A stretch of 64,000 nt of DNA from Desulfobacterales bacterium (GTDB lineage: Bacteria; Desulfobacterota; Desulfobacteria; Desulfobacterales; UBA5616): NCBI GenBank assembly GCA_046483495.1, contig JAWODC010000044.1:32001-96000 (forward strand). The letters are read 5' to 3'. Shown here piece after piece: positions 1 through 8,249 of the stretch. The translations under genes and the position numbers were made by a program. The first letter of the stretch is position 1. Each line of letters begins with the position of its first letter. Below the pieces are notes generated by a model, which was not told the DNA's origin, searched no databases, and saw only the letters and a list, made by a program, of their open reading frames with translations.

Positions 1-3000
1 GGCGAGCGCCGGGACCGGCAAAACCTACACCATTGAAGGCCTTTATCTTCGGCTTATACTCGAGCGCGGATTGTCTCCGGAGCAGATTCTCGTGGTTACA
101 TTCACCCGTGCCGCCACGGACGAATTGAAAAACAGGATACGATCCAAATTGTCGAATATGTCGGAAGCCCTTGAAACGGGAAGCGGAGTGGATGCGTTTA
201 CGGAAAATATGATGGACCGGATAGACGATTATGCTGCAGCGTGGAAAGATATCAACCGTTCCCTTGTCGATTTCGACAAGGCGGCGGTTTATACGATACA
301 TGGATTTTGCCGGCGCATTCTTGCCGAAAATGCCTTTGAAACCGGCTGTCCGTTCGATGTAAACGTCATTCCGGAGCAGTCGGAGCTATTGGAAACGATT
401 GCCGAGGATTTCTGGCGAATCCATTTTTATCAGGCGCCGCCGGAACTCGCGAACTATGCACGGGTCCGTTTGTCCGGACCATCGTTCTTTGCCGACCTTG
501 CCGAAGGGCTTGGCTTAGAAGATGGGTTTATCATCGGGCAAACACGGGCCTCGAATTTCGATGACCTTCTGAAGAATGTACGATCCGGTTTTCAGCAGCT
601 CAAGGATGCCTGGCAATCTTTCAGCAGTGACATCATGAACCGCCTTCGAAATCCTTGCCTGAATGCAAACAGGTACGGTGCTCTGAATCCGGAACCCGAC
701 CACCCACAAAAGAGCAGGCGCGATATCCGTCTTGAGCGGATGGCAAAGGAAATGGACCGGTTTACCCGAATGTCATACCCCGTTCTCCCCCTTTTCGAAA
801 GGTTCGATAACTTCACCCAACAGAGGATTATTTCATCCACGAAAAAAGACCATGAACCACCGATGCATCCATTTTTCGCTCTTTGCAGTAATTTCGCGCA
901 AATGTGCCGAAGCCTCGAATCCGAAATGGATCTATGGTTAAAAAACGTGAAGCATGCATTTTTGGTGTACGCTCAAAAAGAACTGGCCCGGCGGAAACAG
1001 CGAAACGGCATCATGCATTATGATGATTTGCTCACACATGTGAGGCATGCGCTGGACACCGAAAACGGCCCGCTGTTGAAAAAGAGAATCAGACAGGCTT
1101 ACCGGGCAGCCCTCGTGGATGAATTTCAGGACACGGACACACTGCAATACCATCTTTTTCTTGACATCTTCGGGCATTCTGAAGGCTTGTTCGTGATGAT
1201 CGGAGATCCGAAGCAGGCGATCTACGATTTTCGGGGCGCCGATATCTTTTCTTACATGGCGGCAGCCCAAAACACACAAAGCACTTACACGCTGCAGCAA
1301 AACTACCGATCCGAATCCTGCTTGATCACAGCAGTGAACACCGTTTTTTCAAACCGATCCAACCCGTTTTTATTCAAGAATATCAATTATGAAACGATTA
1401 CGCCGGGGAATTCGCAAGAATCGAATATATACGGAATTCCTTCGGGACTTGTCATCTGGCATCCGTTCTTCGAAAACGGATCCGAACCCGGAAAAGTCAT
1501 CCCCAAGCAAGTTATCATGCCCCGTGCCGCCGATGCCGTGGCCTTGGAAATCATTCAACTGATGCGCCGATCCGGCAATGCCCTTTTACTCAAGGATATC
1601 GCTGTTCTCGTACGAACGAATCGGCAGGCCCGGTTGATGCAGGATCATCTGACTGCCGCCGGAATTTCTGCCGTACTGTATCAGACAGGAAGCGTTTTCG
1701 AAACCCGTGAGGCGCTCGAAATTCAACGCATACTTCATGCCGTCTCCGAACCCGGCAGCCGAAAACAATTGAAAGCCGCTCTAAGTACGGATATTTTGGG
1801 GGCAACGGCGAATGAACTGTACACCTCTGATTCACCGGTTTTCGAGATGATGCTCTCCCGTTTTAAAACCTATCAAATGCTTTGGAAGAAGCACGGATTT
1901 ATTCGTATGTTCAGGAGATTACTGTCCGAGGCAAAGGCAAAGGAACGGCTGATGAAATATCCGGACGGCGAGAGGAGGTTGACCAATATTATCCATTTAT
2001 CGGAAATACTTCACAAAACGGATCGTGAGAAACAATTCGGCATCAAAGGGGTGATCAAGTGGCTTTACGAAAAAAGGGCATCCGAGGGCTCCGATTTGGA
2101 AGAGCATCTGATTCGACTCGAAAGCGACGCCGATGCCGTTCATATCCTTACCATACATAAGAGTAAAGGGCTTGAATTTCCAATCGTTTTCTGCCCGTTC
2201 CCTTGGGACGGCTCCACTATTCGTGACAACCGAATTCTGTATCATGATCCTGAAAACAACCACCGGCGCGTTATGGACCTGGGTTCGGCCGATTTCGATG
2301 ATCATAAGCGGCATGCCCGGGATGAGCGGCTTGCCGAAAACATTCGGTTGTTGTATGTAGCGCTTACGCGTGCGAAGACGCGGTGCTATATGGTCTGGGG
2401 AAGAATCAAAGGAGCCGATACTGCGGCGGCGGCTTATCTTTTTCATTATACGAAAAGTATTTCGGCCGGTATAACCGAAGCATTGCAGCAGGAAATGACG
2501 GCGGCATCCGATGAGAGGCTGTTCGATGATTTAAACCGACTTGCCGACAAATCGAAGCATGCAATCACTGTGGCGCCGCTTCCGGAAAAGCACAATGACG
2601 ATGTTGCGATGCAAAAAACGCGAAGGGAATGTCCCCTTCAATGCAGGAGGTTTTCGAAAACCATCGGTCGAAGCTTCGGTATCGCAAGCTATTCATCCCT
2701 GATCCATGGGATTGACGCAGAAGGCGAAGAAGCGGAAGGTGACGCCGTTATATCACTCGCGAACGATGGCCGGAATGTCAATACACCTGAAAATGAAAAC
2801 GATCGATCGGATGATTTCGATATTCTGAAATTCCCGGGAGGCATTCGAACCGGCCTTCTTTTCCATGATCTTTTTCAAAACGCTGCATATGAGGAAGCTG
2901 AAAACGGCGGCAATTTTCGACTGATAGAGGAGAAATTGAACGAATATGGATTCGATATCGCCTGGTGTGCCGCCGTTGAAAAGATGATGCAGCAGGTGCT

Positions 3001-3568
3001 TCAGTCGCCGCTGCGATGCGATAAAGAGGGGGATGTCGGAGCACCGGCGTTATCATCGATTCCGAAACCAAACCGTATCCATGAAATGGCCTTTTACTTC
3101 AGGATGAAACAAACTCTTCCGGCCGATATACTTGCGGCTGTGAATGGGACCGGAAGGGGCGGCATATCCCCCGACATCCCGCTTTCAGCCGAAAAGATGA
3201 ATGCTTCCCCGATCGAAGGATTCATGAAGGGATATGTGGACATGGTATTTGTGCATGACAACCGATACTTTATTGTCGATTGGAAATCCAATTACCTCGG
3301 TCCATCCCCGGAGGATTACCGCAGAGAGCTGTTAAAAGGCGTAATGGAAGATCGCCATTACGTGCTGCAGTATCACATTTACACGCTGGCGCTGCATCGC
3401 TATCTCGCATTGCGAATGCCCGGATATCGTTACGTTCGGAATTTCGGAGGCGTATTTTATCTTTTTGTCCGCGGCATGGATGCGAAGAACAGCAGCGGGC
3501 CCGGCATATTTTACGATAAGCCCGATGCATTCCGAATCAGCCTTCTCGAAACGTTGTTAACAACATGA
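1..3568 (+). CDS. recB: Exodeoxyribonuclease V beta subunit (5'-truncated by window edge)
   Basis: Frame from base 2 reads ASAGTGKTYT (Walker A). Also VTFTRAAT, VDEFQD, IGDPKQAIY, TIHKSKGLEF, YVALTRA, and C-terminal nuclease GYVD...IVDWKS; overlaps recD (ATGA). Confidence 0.97.
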   Translation, partial: ASAGTGKTYTIEGLYLRLILERGLSPEQILVVTFTRAATDELKNRIRSKLSNMSEALETGSGVDAFTENMMDRIDDYAAAWKDINRSLVDFDKAAVYTIHGFCRRILAENAFETGCPFDVNVIPEQSELLETIAEDFWRIHFYQAPPELANYARVRLSGPSFFADLAEGLGLEDGFIIGQTRASNFDDLLKNVRSGFQQLKDAWQSFSSDIMNRLRNPCLNANRYGALNPEPDHPQKSRRDIRLERMAKEMDRFTRMSYPVLPLFERFDNFTQQRIISSTKKDHEPPMHPFFALCSNFAQMCRSLESEMDLWLKNVKHAFLVYAQKELARRKQRNGIMHYDDLLTHVRHALDTENGPLLKKRIRQAYRAALVDEFQDTDTLQYHLFLDIFGHSEGLFVMIGDPKQAIYDFRGADIFSYMAAAQNTQSTYTLQQNYRSESCLITAVNTVFSNRSNPFLFKNINYETITPGNSQESNIYGIPSGLVIWHPFFENGSEPGKVIPKQVIMPRAADAVALEIIQLMRRSGNALLLKDIAVLVRTNRQARLMQDHLTAAGISAVLYQTGSVFETREALEIQRILHAVSEPGSRKQLKAALSTDILGATANELYTSDSPVFEMMLSRFKTYQMLWKKHGFIRMFRRLLSEAKAKERLMKYPDGERRLTNIIHLSEILHKTDREKQFGIKGVIKWLYEKRASEGSDLEEHLIRLESDADAVHILTIHKSKGLEFPIVFCPFPWDGSTIRDNRILYHDPENNHRRVMDLGSADFDDHKRHARDERLAENIRLLYVALTRAKTRCYMVWGRIKGADTAAAAYLFHYTKSISAGITEALQQEMTAASDERLFDDLNRLADKSKHAITVAPLPEKHNDDVAMQKTRRECPLQCRRFSKTIGRSFGIASYSSLIHGIDAEGEEAEGDAVISLANDGRNVNTPENENDRSDDFDILKFPGGIRTGLLFHDLFQNAAYEEAENGGNFRLIEEKLNEYGFDIAWCAAVEKMMQQVLQSPLRCDKEGDVGAPALSSIPKPNRIHEMAFYFRMKQTLPADILAAVNGTGRGGISPDIPLSAEKMNASPIEGFMKGYVDMVFVHDNRYFIVDWKSNYLGPSPEDYRRELLKGVMEDRHYVLQYHIYTLALHRYLALRMPGYRYVRNFGGVFYLFVRGMDAKNSSGPGIFYDKPDAFRISLLETLLTT

Positions 3569-5421
3569 GCCATATGGATACCTGCCTGATCGATCATCTT
3601 TACCAAAACCGCCGCATCACCTATTTGGACGTTCAGTTTGCCTTGTTTTTGGCGCGCGTTGCGCCCGGAACGGACCCGGACGTCCCTGCTACGGCCGCAC
3701 TGGCCGGCAGTGCCGCAGAAAAAAAGCATGTATGTATACATCTTTCCGAGGCGGCCGAAATTCTGTCAAGCATACACCGAAATGAGCATGAGGACATGCC
3801 GCGCTCTTATGTCCCAATGCTGCGGCAAAAGCTTCTTGCCAGTCCTCTGGTCGGAGAGCCGGGTGACAGGCGGCCACTTATCCTGGATGACAACGACAGA
3901 ATCTATTTGTACCGGTACTGGCGCTGCGAGACGCGTCTGGCCGAGCGTTTATGCGAAAGGTTCGATGCGCCGCTTCTGAACGTGAATACCGCACTTCTTC
4001 ATGAAAGTCTGAACCGATATTTTCCATCGAACACAGGGCCGGAAAATAACCTGTACCAACGGGCCCTGATCACCGCGTGCTTTAAGCCGATATGCATTAT
4101 CACCGGAGGCCCGGGGACCGGAAAAACCACTACGGTAGTCAAGATTCTCCTATCGCTGATGGACCAACGGCCGGATTTCGATCTTCGCATCCTTATGGCC
4201 GCCCCCACCGGAAAATCCGCCGCACGGCTGGGAGAATCCATCCGGAACGCGTTGACTCATGTGGCGGGCCGGCGGACAGGGAAGGCGGCTTTTCCGCGGC
4301 CGCAAACGCTTCACCGGCTGCTGGCCCCTGTGAAGGGGTCTTCGTCCGTATTCACTTATGGGAGCGAACGGCCGCTGTCCGCGGATATCGTAGTCTTGGA
4401 TGAAGCCTCGATGGTGGATCTATCCATGATGTCGAAATTTATGGACGCCGTTCCGAAAAATGCTCGTCTGATTCTGGTAGGCGACCCTTATCAATTGGCA
4501 TCGGTTGAGGCCGGCTCCGCCTTCGGGGACATGTGTACGGCATGCACGGGCCGATACACTTCACAATGGGATGCGCTTGTACAAGCCGTCATTCAAAAAG
4601 ATTTCGAGCCCACCCGTATCCAACGCGTAAAATACGGCAAAAGCGCCGATTCCGTCGTTCGTCTCGACAGCGGGTTCCGCTTTGCGGAAAGTCCGGGGAT
4701 CGACACGCTGAACAGGGCTGTTGTAAGAGGGGATAGTAAAGAAGCGTTTCGCCTTTTTTCCGATTCCGCCTTCCCGGAAATCCGGTTTGAAAATGCCGGC
4801 TCACGGCAAAAATTGAACGAAATTCTTGAAAGAAATGTCATAACAGGATATAGGGATTACCTCACGGAAGAAACGCCTGCCGCCGCTCTGGAAAAACTGA
4901 ATTCCTTTAAAATCTTATGTGCACTCAGAAAAGGTGAATTCGGGGTCGAGCGCATCAATCGATTTGCGGAATGGATATTATCGAAGCACGGTCTGATAAG
5001 ACTCGACGATCCGTGGTATGCGGGGCGGCCGATATTAATCACGAAAAATGATTACCGGCAGGAACTGTTTAACGGCGATTTGGGCATTCTTTGGAATGTC
5101 GACGGAAATATTAACATGGCCTGTTTTCCTTCCGAAGACGGATCGATACGATATATTTCCCCTTATCGACTGCCGAGGCATAAAACCGCATACGCCGTAA
5201 CCGTACACAAAAGCCAGGGTTCTGAATTTTCAAGCGTATTATTGGTGCTGCCAAAAAACGACACCGCGCTTTTGACCCGTGAACTGCTGTACACCGGTAT
5301 GTCCAGGGCCGCCCGCGAATTGACGGTCTGCGGTGTAAAGGCAATATTCAACACGGCCGTATCCCGGGTAATTCACCGAAATTCCGGATTGGCGGATGCC
5401 GTAAGGAAAGGCTCCGGGTAA
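3565..5421 (+). CDS. recD: Exodeoxyribonuclease V alpha subunit
   Basis: ITGGPGTGKTT, APTGKSA, TLHRLL, LDEASMVD, GDPYQL, TVHKSQGSEF; directly follows recB. Confidence 0.97.
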   Translation: MSHMDTCLIDHLYQNRRITYLDVQFALFLARVAPGTDPDVPATAALAGSAAEKKHVCIHLSEAAEILSSIHRNEHEDMPRSYVPMLRQKLLASPLVGEPGDRRPLILDDNDRIYLYRYWRCETRLAERLCERFDAPLLNVNTALLHESLNRYFPSNTGPENNLYQRALITACFKPICIITGGPGTGKTTTVVKILLSLMDQRPDFDLRILMAAPTGKSAARLGESIRNALTHVAGRRTGKAAFPRPQTLHRLLAPVKGSSSVFTYGSERPLSADIVVLDEASMVDLSMMSKFMDAVPKNARLILVGDPYQLASVEAGSAFGDMCTACTGRYTSQWDALVQAVIQKDFEPTRIQRVKYGKSADSVVRLDSGFRFAESPGIDTLNRAVVRGDSKEAFRLFSDSAFPEIRFENAGSRQKLNEILERNVITGYRDYLTEETPAAALEKLNSFKILCALRKGEFGVERINRFAEWILSKHGLIRLDDPWYAGRPILITKNDYRQELFNGDLGILWNVDGNINMACFPSEDGSIRYISPYRLPRHKTAYAVTVHKSQGSEFSSVLLVLPKNDTALLTRELLYTGMSRAARELTVCGVKAIFNTAVSRVIHRNSGLADAVRKGSG

Positions 5422-5472
5422 GGGTATTTTACCCGGGAAGGCGTTATTTTCACCCCAGAAGGAGACAGCTTT

Positions 5473-6483
5473 ATGCGCAAAACGATGATCAGATCAACCG
5501 GTAAATACCTACCCCCACGTTTAATCACGAACCACGATCTCACCCGGTGGATGGATACATCCGACGAATGGATTATCCAGCGAACCGGAATTGAGCAGCG
5601 CTACTGGATAGAGCAGGGCAAAGACACGGGAGCATCGGATTTGGGGTATGAGGCTTCTAAAATTGCTCTTGAAAAGGCCGGTTGGTCGGCAAATGATCTG
5701 GACATGATTATTTTCGCCACACTGAGCCCGGATATATTTTTCCCCGGTTCCGGTTGCCTGCTGCAGCACAAACTGGGTCTCGATACCACACCGGCCCTGG
5801 ATATTCGACAACAATGCACCGGATTCCTTTACGGCCTCAGCATTGCCGATGCATATATCCGCAGCGGTATGGCGGAACGGATTCTTTTGGTAGGAGCCGA
5901 AGTTCACAGTACCGGGTTGGACATTTCCACCCGGGGGCGCGATGTCGCCGTTATTTTTGGAGACGGTGCCGGAGCGGTGTGTATCGAAGCCGTCGAAAGC
6001 GACGAACCGATCGGTGTTCTGGCCACGGCGTTGCATGCACAGGGAGAACACTCGGAGGCCCTTTATACCGAAGCACCCGCTTCACGAGCCATTCCCCGAA
6101 TGACCAAAGAAATGATCGACGAAGGCCGCCATTTTCCGATTATGGACGGAAAAACGGTATTCAAGCTGGCCGTCAGAAGGCTTCCGGAAGTTGCTGAAGA
6201 AACGTTGGTGCAAGCCGGTTTGTCAAAAGATGATGTGGACCTGTACATTCCCCATCAGGCCAACCTGAGAATCAATCAGTTTTTTCAAAAGGCCATGGGA
6301 CTTCCGGATGAAAAGGTTTTCAACAATATTCAGCGATACGGCAACACCACAGCCGCGACGATTCCCATCGCCCTGGACGAGGCTCTTGAAATGAACCTTG
6401 TCGGAAAGGGAAGCACCTTGTGTTTTTTAGGTCTTGGAGCGGGGGTAACCTGGGGCAGCATTATTTTCCGGTTCGAATCTTGA
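5473..6483 (+). CDS. fabH: 3-oxoacyl-ACP synthase III
   Basis: DTSDEWIIQRTGI, catalytic QQCTGF, FGDGAGA, PHQAN, GNTTAA; GGAG Shine-Dalgarno upstream. Confidence 0.93.
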   Translation: MRKTMIRSTGKYLPPRLITNHDLTRWMDTSDEWIIQRTGIEQRYWIEQGKDTGASDLGYEASKIALEKAGWSANDLDMIIFATLSPDIFFPGSGCLLQHKLGLDTTPALDIRQQCTGFLYGLSIADAYIRSGMAERILLVGAEVHSTGLDISTRGRDVAVIFGDGAGAVCIEAVESDEPIGVLATALHAQGEHSEALYTEAPASRAIPRMTKEMIDEGRHFPIMDGKTVFKLAVRRLPEVAEETLVQAGLSKDDVDLYIPHQANLRINQFFQKAMGLPDEKVFNNIQRYGNTTAATIPIALDEALEMNLVGKGSTLCFLGLGAGVTWGSIIFRFES

Positions 6484-6505
6484 AGAGACCGGAGGTTTTG
6501 ATGGC

Positions 6506-6988
6506 TTACGGCAGGAGGTAAAACCCCAGTTCTTTATCGAACCGTTGTTTTTCGGCGAATTCAGCGCCGATAAAATGGCCTTTGACGGAGACGACCTTCA
6601 CCCTGCGCTTTAGCTCGGTTTTCTTTTTGTCGTCCAGCCGGAAAGTGACTTCCAAAATATCGCCTCTTCCCAGTTGATGAGGTGTGAGATTGCTGAATCC
6701 CATGCCGCCCATGGAGAGGTCTTCCACCATCAGATCGCCTTTTCTTTGATTTTTTAACAGCACGTATTCACCGGCAAGATTTACTTTTTTCCGGAAATAC
6801 CTTCGAAATTCTATGGCACAGGTGAATATTTTTCCACACCTGCACCGGACCTTGAGGGACTTTCCTGAATTCCGGTACTTTGCCGCCTCGATTTTTTTTG
6901 CGAAATTACAAAACGGGCAGGCGATTACGACGAATCCTTCTTGGTCAGGATAAAAAATGTGCAAGGGTTCGGATAACTTTATTTCCAT
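6506..6988 (-). CDS. Zinc-ribbon plus PilZ domain protein (putative c-di-GMP receptor)
   Basis: CPFC...CRC, then PilZ motifs RRYFR (RxxxR) and DLSMGG (DxSxxG). Start placed at MEIKL. Confidence 0.85.
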   Translation of the reverse strand: MEIKLSEPLHIFYPDQEGFVVIACPFCNFAKKIEAAKYRNSGKSLKVRCRCGKIFTCAIEFRRYFRKKVNLAGEYVLLKNQRKGDLMVEDLSMGGMGFSNLTPHQLGRGDILEVTFRLDDKKKTELKRRVKVVSVKGHFIGAEFAEKQRFDKELGFYLLP

Positions 6989-7087
6989 CGGCTCACCCCA
7001 TTTTCGACCATTTTTCCGCACATTCCAGCCGCCTGGTGCCGTAATCATGATATGCCATCGGTGTCGGTTCCAGCAAATCCACTAAGG

Positions 7088-7273
7088 TCAACCTCTGGCA
7101 CAGGATATACTTTCAATCAGAATTTCCTGGATTTTTTCGATGATCCGGCATGTGTCGATACATTCCGGAAAGTTGCCCCGATCAGCACAGTGCCGACAGG
7201 GGCTTTCAGCCAAGTATCCGATATCGAAGTCAAATTTATAGTTAAAGTTGCGTTTGTTGTGATAATATTTCAT
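7088..7273 (-). CDS. Small Cys-rich hypothetical protein (61 aa)
   Basis: ORF with SPCRHC...C...C...SC pattern filling the gap upstream of the PilZ gene on the same strand. Confidence 0.65.
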   Translation of the reverse strand: MKYYHNKRNFNYKFDFDIGYLAESPCRHCADRGNFPECIDTCRIIEKIQEILIESISCARG

Positions 7274-7454
7274 TTTAAATCAATGTTCCCGGTTCAAAAA
7301 CGTACGAAGGATATCATATCGACACGGAAATCCCAACCCCTTTGCATCCGACAAAAAAAATGATATTCTTTTTTTTTTTAAACGGAAGATCTTGATACAC
7401 TGTTTTTAGCGTAGATAGCAAGAAGAAAACCCGGCCGAAAAGGAGTTTCATTCG

Positions 7455-8246
7455 ATGAACATCAGTAAGTTGTTTCGACGATCCATGCTGTTGTGGATTA
7501 TCCTGTTTACACTGGTATTGGTTTCACTGTTTACGTTGTCCATCTATTTTGGGTGGTTGTCGCTTACCGTGGATATTTTCGGCCTTTTCGTACCTTTCGG
7601 GGTTACGCTCGAAAACCATGCGGTCCAGGACCATATCCGGCATTTAAGAAACATTTTCCTGTTTTACGGAATTCCCGCCTATGCCGCCGTAACGGCTATA
7701 TGGATCATCGGCCTGTGGCTGGTCCTTGTTCGCAGCACGACACGCCGAATATCCCCGCACTTCCAACAACCGGTAAAGCCGGTAAGGCCCACGGCTAAAC
7801 CGGCTGCCGAAGAGCCGACACGGAAAATCGTTTACAAGACCGATGCATTCAAGGAAAAGCGCTTATACGCCGATCTGCTGTCGAAATTCCAGCGCGAAGG
7901 CCGATTTGTCGATTTTCTCTACGAGGATTTGGCGCTGTATACGGATGATCAAATCGGTGCAGCCGTAAGGAATATCCATGAAAACTGCAAACGGGTTCTG
8001 GAGCGGCACCTGAAATTGGCGCCGATCACCAACATTGAGGAGGGGGAAAAGATCACTCTCAAAAAGGCGTTCGATATGGATGCCTACAGCCTGGTCGGTG
8101 AGGTAAAAGGAGAGCCGCCTTTTGAGGGTATCGTTCGACACAAGGGGTGGCGCATCAACACATGGGCTATGCCGGATTTTTCCACAGGTTCCAATTTCGA
8201 TATCATCCAACCGGCTGAAATAGAACTGGAATGGAAGGAGTTATAA
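7455..8246 (+). CDS. DUF2760-type membrane protein (GrpE-like C-terminus)
   Basis: N-terminal hydrophobic helices; FQREGRFVDFL.EDL..Y.D.QIGAAVRNIH and GEPPF.G.VRHKGW signatures; AGGAG SD; 3 bp before the Hsp70 gene. Confidence 0.85.
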   Translation: MNISKLFRRSMLLWIILFTLVLVSLFTLSIYFGWLSLTVDIFGLFVPFGVTLENHAVQDHIRHLRNIFLFYGIPAYAAVTAIWIIGLWLVLVRSTTRRISPHFQQPVKPVRPTAKPAAEEPTRKIVYKTDAFKEKRLYADLLSKFQREGRFVDFLYEDLALYTDDQIGAAVRNIHENCKRVLERHLKLAPITNIEEGEKITLKKAFDMDAYSLVGEVKGEPPFEGIVRHKGWRINTWAMPDFSTGSNFDIIQPAEIELEWKEL

Positions 8247-8249
8247 TCA

